In this document: positions 40,316 through 49,695 of the stretch, piece by piece
How the letters are laid out: the number at the start of each line of letters is the position of its first letter
How positions within the stretch are numbered: position 1 is the stretch's first letter
DNA from: an uncultured Actinomycetota bacterium
Lineage (GTDB): Bacteria; Actinomycetota; Actinomycetes; Mycobacteriales; Nakamurellaceae
Assembly (NCBI GenBank): GCA_963728865.1
Contig: CAVSLZ010000001.1
Span: 163,122-227,121 of the forward strand
Length of the DNA: 64,000 bases
Direction: 5' to 3'
Translations under genes and position numbers: made by a program
Notes under the pieces: generated by a model
What the model was told of the DNA's origin: nothing
The model's database searches: none
Seen by the model: only the letters and a program-made list of their open reading frames with translations

Positions 40316-41317
40316 TCAGCGGTACAAGTCGGGCTTGTCGATCAGCTTGATCACGACGCGGGAGTCGTCGTGCAGCGCCTCGACAGCCGCGTCGGACACC
40401 GCGGCAGCGGCGTACCCGTCCCATGAGCTGGGACCGAACTGACCGCTGCCGGCGATACCGTCGATCCACTCCTGGAATTCAATGTCATAGGCGCGGATGA
40501 AGCGCTCGCGCCAATCCTCCGGCACTCGACCGCTGAACGATCCCGCCTTACGGACGACGGTCGGCGTCGATTCGGCCAGGGTGACGGTGCCCTGCTCACC
40601 GACGATCTCGCCGCGGATGTCGTAGCCGTAGCGGATGTTCACGTTGGTCTCGACGTCGACCAGCGTGCCGGACTCCGTCTCGAACAGCATGAGCAACGGA
40701 TCCTCGAGCGCGCCGCCCAGGCTGTTCTTCCGTGGCTTCAGGACTCGTACAGCCACGATCTCCTCACTCAGCAACCACCGGGTCACGTCGATGTCGTGCA
40801 CCGCTGTGTCGGTGATGGCCATCTCGCGCGTGTAGTGGCCAGGAACGCTGGGGTTGCGATGAGCCGCGTGCATCATCAACGGCGCCCCGATCTCACCACC
40901 GTCGAGCACCGCCTTCATCGCCCGGTAGGCCGGGTCGTAGCGGCGCATGTAACCGACCTGTACCACCCTGTGGCCGAGCGCCGTCTCGGCTTCGATGATC
41001 CGCAGGCAGGCCTCTTGCGTTGTCGCGAGCGGCTTCTCGCAGAACACCGGTTTGTCGGCGTCGATCGCCGCGAGAACATACTCCTCGTGGGTGGGGCCCC
41101 AAGAACACACGATCACGGCGTCGACCGCCGGGTCGGCGATCAGTTCCTGCCCGGTCGCGAACACCGTCGCCCCGACCGGCTCGGCAACATGGTTGGCCTG
41201 GTCGACATTGACGTCGGTGACGGCGACAACCCTGGCCCCGGACAGGACCGTTGTCAGTCGCCGGATGTGGTCCCGGCCGATCATTCCGACCCCGATGACT
41301 CCGACGTTGACAGTCAC
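40316..41317 (-). CDS. iolG: Inositol 2-dehydrogenase (Gfo/Idh/MocA)
   Basis: GVGMIG, CEKP, GYMRRYD, HRNP, HDID, YGYDIRGE, GPSSWDGY. Confidence 0.9.
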   Translation of the reverse strand: MTVNVGVIGVGMIGRDHIRRLTTVLSGARVVAVTDVNVDQANHVAEPVGATVFATGQELIADPAVDAVIVCSWGPTHEEYVLAAIDADKPVFCEKPLATTQEACLRIIEAETALGHRVVQVGYMRRYDPAYRAMKAVLDGGEIGAPLMMHAAHRNPSVPGHYTREMAITDTAVHDIDVTRWLLSEEIVAVRVLKPRKNSLGGALEDPLLMLFETESGTLVDVETNVNIRYGYDIRGEIVGEQGTVTLAESTPTVVRKAGSFSGRVPEDWRERFIRAYDIEFQEWIDGIAGSGQFGPSSWDGYAAAAVSDAAVEALHDDSRVVIKLIDKPDLYR

Positions 41318-41469
41318 GTGTAGCTCCTTCGCATTTGGTCAGATTTCCGATGCGACGACCCGGGGGGTCGTGCCGGGAGTGAAGTAGGTGACGCTGAGGC
41401 GTTGTCGAGGCGTGCGCTCTGGTGCGTTGTCCGGGCGGTGACCCGAACGGTGGGTGCTGACCGTCCGTA

Positions 41470-43029
41470 CTACTCGTTCTGTGGGAATCCCAGGTTCAGG
41501 CCCCCGTGGCTCGGATCCAGCCACCTGGTCGTGACGACCTTGCCGCGCGTGTAGAAGTGGAATCCCTCGGTGCCGTGGGCATGGGTATCACCGAACAGCG
41601 AGGCCTTCCAACCGCCGAACGAGTAGTAGCCGACCGGGACCGGGACCGGGACGTTGATGCCGATCATCCCGACCTGGACCTCGTTCTGGAACCTACGGGC
41701 CGCTCCTCCGTCGTTGGTGAAGATCGCGGTGCCGTTGCCGTAGGGGTTGCTGTTGATCAGTTCCATGCCCTCGTCGTAGCCGTCGACCCGGACGACCGAC
41801 AGCACCGGCCCGAAGATCTCGTCGGTGTAGATGCTCATGTCCGCGGTGACCTTGTCGAACAGCGTCGGGCCGAGCCAGAACCCGCCCGGCTCACCGTCGA
41901 AGTGCTGCTCGCGGCCGTCGACCACCAGTTCGGCGCCTGCGTCGACGCCTGCCTGCACGTAGGACGCGACCTTGTCCCGGTGCACCCCGGTGACCAGCGG
42001 ACCCATGTCGCACCCGCGCCGGCCGTCACCGGTGCGCAGTGTCGCCATCCGCTCGGTGATCTTTCCGATCAGTTCATCGGCCACGTTGTCCACCGCCAGC
42101 AGTGCGGAAATGGCCATGCACCGCTCGCCGGCCGATCCGAAACCGGCGTTGACCGCTGCGTCGGCGGCGAGATCCAGGTCCGCGTCGGGCAGGACCAGCA
42201 TGTGGTTCTTCGCTCCGCCGAGGGCCTGCACGCGCTTACCGTGCGCTGTGCCGGTTTGATAGACGTACTGCGCGATCGGCGTCGATCCGACAAACGAGAT
42301 GGCCTTGACCCGCGGGTCTTCCAGGAGCGCATCGACGGCGACCTTGTCGCCCTGCAGGACGTTGAACACCCCGTCCGGCAAACCCGCCTCCTGCCACAAC
42401 TTGGCCAGCCAGATCGCGGTGGACGGGTCCTTCTCGCTGGGCTTGAGTACAACGCAGTTGCCGGCGGCGATGGCGATCGGGAAGAACCACATCGGCACCA
42501 TCGCCGGGAAGTTGAACGGCGAGATGATGCCCACGACGCCCAGCGGCTGCCGTAGCGAGGACACGTCGACCCGGGTGGAGGCGTTCTCGGTCATCGAGCC
42601 CTTGAGCAGATGCGCCAGGCCGCAGGCGAACTCGACGACCTCTTGACCGCGGGTGACCTCCCCGAGTGCGTCGGACAGCACCTTTCCGTGCTCGGAGGTG
42701 ATGATCTCGGCGGCTTCGTGCTTGCGCTCGTTCAGCAGCTCCCGGAAACGGAACAGCACCTGGGTGCGACGCGCCAGTGACATGTCCCGCCACCGCGGAA
42801 AGGCGGCTTCAGCAGCGGCGATCACCGCCTCCGCGTCCTGCCGGGAGGCCAGCGCTACCCGCTTGGTGACGCGGCCGGTGGCCGGGTCGAACACCTCGGC
42901 GGAACAGTCGGACGCGCCGGCGAACAGGGCTCCGCCCGACCAGTGCGGCAGCAGTCCTCCGTCGTTCTCCCAGGGGCGTCCGTCGAGTTCTGCGTTCGGC
43001 ATCGCGTCGGGTTCGGTGATGGTGGTCAT
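41470..43029 (-). CDS. mmsA: (Methyl)malonate-semialdehyde dehydrogenase
   Basis: PFNFPAMVP, KPSEKDP, GGAKNH, GERCMA, EIFGPV. Confidence 0.95.
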   Translation of the reverse strand: MTTITEPDAMPNAELDGRPWENDGGLLPHWSGGALFAGASDCSAEVFDPATGRVTKRVALASRQDAEAVIAAAEAAFPRWRDMSLARRTQVLFRFRELLNERKHEAAEIITSEHGKVLSDALGEVTRGQEVVEFACGLAHLLKGSMTENASTRVDVSSLRQPLGVVGIISPFNFPAMVPMWFFPIAIAAGNCVVLKPSEKDPSTAIWLAKLWQEAGLPDGVFNVLQGDKVAVDALLEDPRVKAISFVGSTPIAQYVYQTGTAHGKRVQALGGAKNHMLVLPDADLDLAADAAVNAGFGSAGERCMAISALLAVDNVADELIGKITERMATLRTGDGRRGCDMGPLVTGVHRDKVASYVQAGVDAGAELVVDGREQHFDGEPGGFWLGPTLFDKVTADMSIYTDEIFGPVLSVVRVDGYDEGMELINSNPYGNGTAIFTNDGGAARRFQNEVQVGMIGINVPVPVPVGYYSFGGWKASLFGDTHAHGTEGFHFYTRGKVVTTRWLDPSHGGLNLGFPQNE

Positions 43030-43102
43030 CGTTCACTTGCTCCTTGGCTCATCGAGAAGAAAGAACAAAACAGGCTGCGACCGGAACAGCGGTCCGAGCG
43101 GT

Positions 43103-44041
43103 TCAGCGGACCATGGCCGCGGCGGTGTCCACGGCCGCGGCAACATCGTCGTCGTCCGGGTAGAGCAGCGTGCGACCGACGACCAGTCCGCGGACCGCCG
43201 GGAGCTGCAGGGCCGCACGCCAACTGGCGTAGGTCTCCTCCGGGCTGGTGTCCGGATCGCCGCCCAGCAGCAGGGTCGGGAAGATGGTGGAGTCCATGAC
43301 CCGTTCCATATCGGGGACGACGGGCAGCTTCATCCAGGTGAAGGCGGAGGTCCTGCCCAGCGCGCTGCAGACGCCCACTGACTTGATCACCGCATCGCCC
43401 GACAGGTCGTTGCGGACCTTGCCGTCGACCCGTGACGACCAGAACGGCTCGACCATCGCCACCAGCCCCAGCGCCGCGAGTTCATTGATGGCCGTTGCGG
43501 TTCCAGTCAGGGTGTTCAACGTGCCAGGGTCGTCCAACGCGACCCGGGTGAGGGTCTTCCCGCCGTTGAATCCCATGTCGGCGATGGTCCGGGCGTCGTA
43601 CCCGGTGAACTGGTCGTCGAGTTCGAAGGACGCGCCCTGCAGCCCTCCCCGGTTCATCGAACCGAAGACCACCTTGCCCTCGAGTGCCCCGAGCAGCAGC
43701 AGGTCCTCGATGATGTCGGGACTGCCGAGCAACCCATCCACGCCCGGCCTGGCCAACGCGGTCTGCAGCCGCTCGAGCAGATCGATCCGATTGCCCATGG
43801 CCAGCGGGCGGCCGCCGACGCCGTTGGCCCCGCGGGCGGGGTGATCGCAGGCGATGATCATCAACTTGCCGTCGGCGGGAACCAGCGATGACTTCGTCCT
43901 GGCATCCGCGGCGCGCTTGATGGCTCCGGGGTCGTTGACCCGGATGTCGGTGATGGCCTCGTATTTGTCTCGCAGGTTTGCGCCGACGGCCCCGTTCCTG
44001 CTGGTCGTCGTGCCGGTGATGGCGCCATTGACGTCAGACAT
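43103..44041 (-). CDS. Cgl0159-like (beta/alpha)8 aldolase, probable IolJ equivalent
   Basis: DHPARG, GSMNRGGL, MVEPF, WMKLP, LLLGG, GRTLLYP; coupled to iolC. Confidence 0.85.
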   Translation of the reverse strand: MSDVNGAITGTTTSRNGAVGANLRDKYEAITDIRVNDPGAIKRAADARTKSSLVPADGKLMIIACDHPARGANGVGGRPLAMGNRIDLLERLQTALARPGVDGLLGSPDIIEDLLLLGALEGKVVFGSMNRGGLQGASFELDDQFTGYDARTIADMGFNGGKTLTRVALDDPGTLNTLTGTATAINELAALGLVAMVEPFWSSRVDGKVRNDLSGDAVIKSVGVCSALGRTSAFTWMKLPVVPDMERVMDSTIFPTLLLGGDPDTSPEETYASWRAALQLPAVRGLVVGRTLLYPDDDDVAAAVDTAAAMVR

Positions 44042-44987
44042 GCTCCACCTCTTTCAGCAGCATCTGGACCTCGTCGGTGGTGGGCATGGCGGTGGAGCAC
44101 TCCCGTCGGGTGGCGACGATCGCGCCGGCCGCGTTCGCGAACCTGAGAATGGTCTCCAGGTCCCATCCCTCGAGCAGGCCGTGGCAGAAGGCGCCGCCGA
44201 AGCTGTCTCCCGCTCCGAGACCATTGATCGGCACGACGGGGGTCGGCGGAACCTCGACGACGGTGTCCCTGGTCATGCCCAGCACACCCTTCGGTCCCTG
44301 TTTCACGATGGCGATCTCGACGCCGGCGTCGAGCAGGGCTTTTGCCGCTCGCCGCGGTTCGGTCTCCCCCACCGCCACCTCGCACTCCTCCTTGTTCCCG
44401 ATGGCAATGGTGACGTGCGGCAGTGCCGCCCGTACCTGTTCGCTCGCCTGGGACTTCCGGTCCCAGAACACCGGCCGGTAGTCGAGATCAAGAATGGTGT
44501 GCGGCTTTCGGCGACGCGCCTCCCACGCGGCGTGGTGCGCGGACCGGCTCGGTTCGGCGGACAGGCCCGTCACGGTCGACCAGTAGATCCCGGCCTCGGC
44601 GATTGCCGCCAGATCGAGCTCCTCCGGCCTGATGACCAGATCCGGCGCCGTCGGCAGCCGGTAGAACTGCAACGGGAAATGGTCGGGTGGGTAGTTCTCG
44701 CAGAACGCCAACGGGGTCAACAAGTCCGGAACGTCCAAGATGAAAGCGTCCGAGACACCCATCCGGCCCAGTTCCTGATGAACGAAGCGGCCGAATGCGT
44801 CGGGTCCGGTCCGGGTGATGACCGCGGTGCGGTGGCCGTGTCTGGCCGCCGCGATCGCGACGTTGGTGGCGCTGCCGCCGATCGACCTGGAGAACGTCTC
44901 CACGTCCTCCAGTCCGACATTGTCCTGGAGCGGGTAGAGATCGATACCCACCCGACCGATCGTCAGGACATCGAAATGCTGATCCAC
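44034..44987 (-). CDS. iolC: 5-dehydro-2-deoxygluconokinase
   Basis: IGRVGIDLYP, GGSATNVA, PPDHFPL, DLDYRP, NGLGAGD. Confidence 0.95.
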   Translation of the reverse strand: MDQHFDVLTIGRVGIDLYPLQDNVGLEDVETFSRSIGGSATNVAIAAARHGHRTAVITRTGPDAFGRFVHQELGRMGVSDAFILDVPDLLTPLAFCENYPPDHFPLQFYRLPTAPDLVIRPEELDLAAIAEAGIYWSTVTGLSAEPSRSAHHAAWEARRRKPHTILDLDYRPVFWDRKSQASEQVRAALPHVTIAIGNKEECEVAVGETEPRRAAKALLDAGVEIAIVKQGPKGVLGMTRDTVVEVPPTPVVPINGLGAGDSFGGAFCHGLLEGWDLETILRFANAAGAIVATRRECSTAMPTTDEVQMLLKEVEHV

Positions 44988-45032
44988 GCTGATCCTTTCA
45001 GCAGAATTGGGGTGCCGGACGGCGGACCTGCG

Positions 45033-46484
45033 TCACGAGCCGTGCACGTTCGCCGGGGCCTTCTTCGGCAGGTGAGCGGCGTCGTGGGTGCGGAATTCGT
45101 CCTCGAGTTCCTCCAGGGTGCGGCCCCGGGTCTCCGGCACAAACTTCGCCACAAAGACGATCGACACGAGGTTGATCAGGACGAACAACCCGAATGTCAC
45201 GGTGGCACCGGCCGCCTCGACCAGGATGGGGAAGACGAACGAGATCAGCGCGTTCACGCACCACAGCACGAACACCGCGATGCCCATTGCGAACCCGCGG
45301 ATCGCCATCGGGAAGATCTCCGACAGCAGCAGCCAGACGAGTGTTCCGATGAAGCCTTGGACGAATGCCACGAAGACCAGCATGGCGCCCAGGATGAGGT
45401 AGCTGCGGAAGGTCGATTCCGGGAGGAGGAATGACAGGGCGAGGATGAGTTGTGAGCAGGCGACACCGGAGAATCCGATCAGCAACAGCGGCCGCCGGTT
45501 GAAGTACCCCAGCAGCACGATCCCGATGATCGTCATCACCACCGACGTCACGCCGACAGCGATCGTCGCGGTCAGCGCTGCGCTCGTGCCCAACCCGGTG
45601 GACTCGAGAATCGTGGGCGCGTAGTAGTTGACGGTGTTGATGCCGGTGGCTTGTTGAACGGTGGCCAGGCCGCAGCCGATCCACAGGGTTCGGCGCATCC
45701 ACGGGAATGCCCGTAGGTCGCGCAGGGCGGCGCCCTTGTCCTCACCCATGTCGCGTTTGGCGTGCTCGGCGATGATGTTGTACTCCTCGGCCGCTTCCGC
45801 CTCCGAGCGGCTCAGATTCAGCACGCGCCTGGTGTCGTCGAGGCGCCCCTTGACCGCGTACCAGCGGGGTGAATCCGGCAGGAAGAACATGCCGACGAAC
45901 AGCGCAACAGCGGGGACGGCGGCGATGCCGAGCATCCAGCGCCACACGTGCGGGTCCTTGATCAGTGCGTCCAGCACCGCGTTCATGATGAACGCCAGCA
46001 TCTGGCCGGTGACGATCATCAATTCGTTGATCGTGACCATCCGACCGCGCCGGTCGGCCGGCGCCATCTCGGCCAGGAACAACGGGCACGTCGCGGCGGC
46101 GGCGCCGACGCCGAGCCCGAGAAGTATTCGGGCGGCCAGCATGACGGAGAAATTCGGTGCTATCGCGCAGCCCAAGGCGCCGAACAGGAACAGGCCGGCG
46201 CAGACCAGGAGACTTCCCTTGCGGCCCAATGCGTCCGCCAACCTGCCGCCCAGCAGCGCGCCGAGCGCCGCGCCCGGGAACAGCAGGCCACTGACCACGA
46301 TCGCTTCCTGCGTTGTGGACAGGCCGAGGTCGTCCTTCATGTACAGCAACGCACCGGAGATCACGCCGGTGTCGTAGCCGAACAGCAACCCGCCCAAGGT
46401 GGATATCACCGTGAGCTTGACCAGGAAACGGTTGTGCTTTCGGGACGAGACCGCGCTCGAACCCGATCCACCTGAACCCACCAT
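45033..46484 (-). CDS. iolT: Sugar porter, myo-inositol transporter-like
   Basis: GGLLFGYDTGVISGA, NELMIVTGQ, PDSPRW, QQATGIN, PETRG. Confidence 0.88.
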   Translation of the reverse strand: MVGSGGSGSSAVSSRKHNRFLVKLTVISTLGGLLFGYDTGVISGALLYMKDDLGLSTTQEAIVVSGLLFPGAALGALLGGRLADALGRKGSLLVCAGLFLFGALGCAIAPNFSVMLAARILLGLGVGAAAATCPLFLAEMAPADRRGRMVTINELMIVTGQMLAFIMNAVLDALIKDPHVWRWMLGIAAVPAVALFVGMFFLPDSPRWYAVKGRLDDTRRVLNLSRSEAEAAEEYNIIAEHAKRDMGEDKGAALRDLRAFPWMRRTLWIGCGLATVQQATGINTVNYYAPTILESTGLGTSAALTATIAVGVTSVVMTIIGIVLLGYFNRRPLLLIGFSGVACSQLILALSFLLPESTFRSYLILGAMLVFVAFVQGFIGTLVWLLLSEIFPMAIRGFAMGIAVFVLWCVNALISFVFPILVEAAGATVTFGLFVLINLVSIVFVAKFVPETRGRTLEELEDEFRTHDAAHLPKKAPANVHGS

Positions 46485-46706
46485 TGGGCTCCTCCTTCAT
46501 CGAGGGAACTCTGCCGATTTGACGCACCGGCTCCCCTTGACGGAGCGGCCGGTCCTGGGATGTTTCGTGCACCGAACACAGTTCGGACTTACGAAGGCGG
46601 ATCACTTTCCGACCGCCGAGACCTTCCAGACCAAGAAAGGGACTCTCTTGACGAGATGGTCACTTCTCCGTGCATCGGATCCTGTTTGTTGGATCCGGGC
46701 CGCCGG

Positions 46707-47180
46707 TCACGGCGACACCTTGTTTCCCTCGTCGACAGCATCGGGACGCGACTCCGGTAGACCGTCCACGAATGCCTCGATGTCCTTCACCCTGAACCGG
46801 GCAAGCCGCTCGAGGTGAACCTGCGGCAAGCGACCGGTCGCGACCAGGCGCTCGACGGTTCTCACCGAGACGCCCAACCGCTCCGCTGCTTCGTCCTTGC
46901 TGATCAGTAAGGGATCAGGCATCCGGGAATAGTGGCCGTTCCCGCGAGCGACTGCAGGAAATGGCGGGTCGTGGCGAGCCCTGGCGACCCGCCGCAGGAA
47001 GACCGCGAGTTCCTCGACCTCACGCGGTACCGGCAACCCCAGCACAGTGAGCCGTCGGACATGTCCGGAAAGGGCAGAAGTGAGGTGCTGCACCAACTCC
47101 GGGACCCACAGCGCTTCTGTCAGTCCGCTGGGTACCTGACTCAACCCACCCTCTCCGCGGTGCGATCCGGCGGCCGTCAC
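46707..47180 (-). CDS. Excisionase-like HTH_17 domain protein; start uncertain (47180 or 46922)
   Basis: LLISKDEAAERLGVSVRTVERLVATGRLP...RFRVKDIEAFV. Confidence 0.7.
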   Translation of the reverse strand: MTAAGSHRGEGGLSQVPSGLTEALWVPELVQHLTSALSGHVRRLTVLGLPVPREVEELAVFLRRVARARHDPPFPAVARGNGHYSRMPDPLLISKDEAAERLGVSVRTVERLVATGRLPQVHLERLARFRVKDIEAFVDGLPESRPDAVDEGNKVSP

Positions 47181-47342
47181 AGGTGACGACCGTCGATGGA
47201 GCCGAAACCCTGAAAGGCGAGTCGCCGCATCACGAACGGCCTACGGCGCGGTGATTCGGGCATCTGATCGATTCCTTCAGGTTTCGGGCTATTCGGGCTC
47301 GGCCCGACAGCGGATCGAGTGCGCCTCGACCTGGACCAGGTT

Positions 47343-47358
47343 CTTCAAGCGCTTTAAG
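47343..47358. promoter_or_regulatory. LacI-type operator
   Basis: CTTCAAGCGCTTTAAG near-perfect palindrome with central CG. Confidence 0.7.
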
Positions 47359-47387
47359 CTACGACTAGTCTGGAGGTAGTTCCGTGA

Positions 47388-47403
47388 CTTTGTCAAGACA
47401 AAG
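47388..47403. promoter_or_regulatory. Candidate GntR/HutC-type operator
   Basis: CTTTGTC-AA-GACAAAG, perfect 7-bp arms. Confidence 0.6.
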
Positions 47404-47416
47404 GAGCTGACAAATC

Positions 47417-48430
47417 TTGAGCGCGAAGGATGCGGTACGACGGCCGCGCCTGGAGGACGTCGCGGCCGCGGTCGAGGTGTCGACGGCGACGGTGTCCCTG
47501 GTCCTGCGGGGAATCGCCGGACCGAGCCCTGCCACCCGAGACCGTGTGCTGGAGGCGGCCGCTCGGCTCGGCTACCGTCCGGATAGGGCCGCCAGTGCGC
47601 TGGCGAGTCGGCGGAGCCGGTTGATCGGCGTGGTAATGGATGTCAGCAATCCGTTCCACACCCAGCTGATCGAGGATGTCCACGCTGCCGCCCAGGACCA
47701 CTCCTACAACCTCGTGCTCAGCGCCGTCACCCGCAGCCAGGACGAAAAGCGCGCCGTCGAGACCCTCCTCGACTCACGCTGCGAGGGCCTGGTCCTGCTC
47801 GGCTCGAACCTTCCGATCCATCGACTGGAAGCACTGGGAGCTCAGTTGCCGGTCGTGGTCGTCGGCCGACCGGTCTCGGCCGACGACGTCGACGACGTGC
47901 GCACCGACGACCACGCCGGCCTCGAACAGGCGGTGGCCCACCTTGTAGAGCTGGGTCACCGGAACGTCGCGTACGTGGACGGTGGTCGGGGGGACGTACC
48001 GACCTTGCGGCGACGGGCCTATCGCAGCGCCATGCGCAGGCATCGGCTCGCTGATCGCATGCGTGTACTCGACGGCGGCGAGACGGAGGCGGCGGGTGGG
48101 CAGGCAGCCCCGGTCCTGCTGCGGGCGGAACCCGCGGTCACGGCTGTGGTGACGTTCAACGACAGAGCGGCGGTCGGCCTCATCGACGCCCTGATCCGTT
48201 GTGGCGTGGATGTCCCGGGAAGGATCTCGGTGGTGGGGTACGACGACAGCACGGTGGCCCGGCTGGCCCACATCAACCTCACGACGGTCAGCCAGAACAC
48301 CCACCAGCTCACCGAGCACGCGATGACAGCCCTCATCGAACGGCTGGAGAACCATCGCACTGACAAGCACGAGGTCGTTGTGCCGCCCCGACTGGTGATC
48401 AGGGGGACGACCGCACCGCCCCGGTACTGA
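47417..48430 (+). CDS. LacI-family regulator divergent from the iol operon
   Basis: PRLEDVAAAVEVSTATVSLVL, LGHR, GYDD, LTTV. Confidence 0.94.
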   Translation: MSAKDAVRRPRLEDVAAAVEVSTATVSLVLRGIAGPSPATRDRVLEAAARLGYRPDRAASALASRRSRLIGVVMDVSNPFHTQLIEDVHAAAQDHSYNLVLSAVTRSQDEKRAVETLLDSRCEGLVLLGSNLPIHRLEALGAQLPVVVVGRPVSADDVDDVRTDDHAGLEQAVAHLVELGHRNVAYVDGGRGDVPTLRRRAYRSAMRRHRLADRMRVLDGGETEAAGGQAAPVLLRAEPAVTAVVTFNDRAAVGLIDALIRCGVDVPGRISVVGYDDSTVARLAHINLTTVSQNTHQLTEHAMTALIERLENHRTDKHEVVVPPRLVIRGTTAPPRY

Positions 48431-48475
48431 AATACCCCGGGGGAAGGCCGAGCGGTCGCGCTCATCGGCGAATGA

Positions 48476-49345
48476 TCAGTGCAGGCTGATCGTTTCGACG
48501 GCCCGCAGCTTGTCCCGGATGAACCGGTTGGCGTGCGCGGCCAGGTCGTCGCTGTCCTGCCACAGGTTCCGCCAGATCCTCAGCGTGTTGCTCAGCTCGG
48601 GACTGACCACGGCGGACGAGAACGACTCGAAGACGACGGGCCCGTCGTACCCGATCCGTGCAAGGCCGCGGAAGAACTCGTCGAAATTCACCGTTCCGGT
48701 GCCGAGGTAGCCACGGTGGCTTTCGCCGATGTGCACATAACCGATGCGCTCGGCCGCATCCAGCACGGGTGCGAACTGGTCGGATTCCTCGATGTTCATG
48801 TGATAGGTGTCCAGGTGCAGCGAGACGTTGTCCGTCCCTACCCGCTCCAGGAATGCCAACCCGGCCCTGGCGGTGTTCATCACATTGGTCTCGTAGCGGT
48901 TGACGATCTCCAGCGACAGCCGCACACCCGCCGACTTCGCCCTCTCCGACAGCCGGCCGATCGCGGCCGCGCTGTTCGCGATGCCGGTCTCCGTCGCAGG
49001 GGCCGAGTACTTGCGCATCGCCGAATAGATGACGCCGCAGAGCACCTCGCCGCCCACGGTCGCGACGTGGTCGATGCAGGTGCTCAGCATGCGCTCTCCG
49101 GCGGCGACTGTTTCGGGATCCTCGCTGGACAGGTCGGTGCGCTCTGTGAGGCCGAGCGAGGCGGCGACCGCGAGGTCGTTGTCACGCAACAGGCGCGCGG
49201 CAAGGTTCGCATCAAAGGAATCGGGATCCATCAGGGGAACCTCGATGAGATCGAACCCCGCGGCCTTCGTCCGCTCTATCGAGTGCCGCAGCCCTTTCTC
49301 CTGGAAAGTGCCGGTGAAGACCAGGGCGTGTGCGCCGATCAGCAT
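48476..49345 (-). CDS. D-psicose/D-tagatose (ketose) 3-epimerase family
   Basis: LEIVNRYE, HLDTYHMNIEE, HIGESHRG, FESF metal/catalytic set; GAGGA RBS. Confidence 0.85.
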   Translation of the reverse strand: MLIGAHALVFTGTFQEKGLRHSIERTKAAGFDLIEVPLMDPDSFDANLAARLLRDNDLAVAASLGLTERTDLSSEDPETVAAGERMLSTCIDHVATVGGEVLCGVIYSAMRKYSAPATETGIANSAAAIGRLSERAKSAGVRLSLEIVNRYETNVMNTARAGLAFLERVGTDNVSLHLDTYHMNIEESDQFAPVLDAAERIGYVHIGESHRGYLGTGTVNFDEFFRGLARIGYDGPVVFESFSSAVVSPELSNTLRIWRNLWQDSDDLAAHANRFIRDKLRAVETISLH

Positions 49346-49371
49346 GCTTTCCTCCTGGATAGGCGAACAGG

Positions 49372-49695
49372 TCAGTGGTCGCCGAGGTGGAAGACCTCGG
49401 TGAGCAGGGTCATCGAGGTGTCCGGTGGCCGGCCATCGATGCCGACGAAGAATTCCGCCATTTCGGCCTGCCAGCGCCCATTCACCTCGGTGCGGGCCAT
49501 CGCCCGTTGCGCCGCATCCAGGTCGTCGGTCTCGACGTAGCCGATCAGCAGCCCGTCGCCGCGCAGGAACAACGAATAATTGCCCCATTCGGAGTCACGC
49601 AGCGCCGCCCGCATCTCCGGCCAGACCCGTGCGTGCCTGTCGGCGTACTCGGCCAGCCGGTCGGGCCGCACCTGCAGACTGAAGCAGTATCGCAT
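49372..49695 (-). CDS. rhaM: L-rhamnose mutarotase
   Basis: EYADRHARVWPEM, NYSLF, VNGRWQ, EVFHL. Confidence 0.92.
   Translation of the reverse strand: MRYCFSLQVRPDRLAEYADRHARVWPEMRAALRDSEWGNYSLFLRGDGLLIGYVETDDLDAAQRAMARTEVNGRWQAEMAEFFVGIDGRPPDTSMTLLTEVFHLGDH

Noticed and set aside
46707-47180. Prophage or ICE
   Set aside because: No integrase, relaxase, phage genes or att repeats in the window
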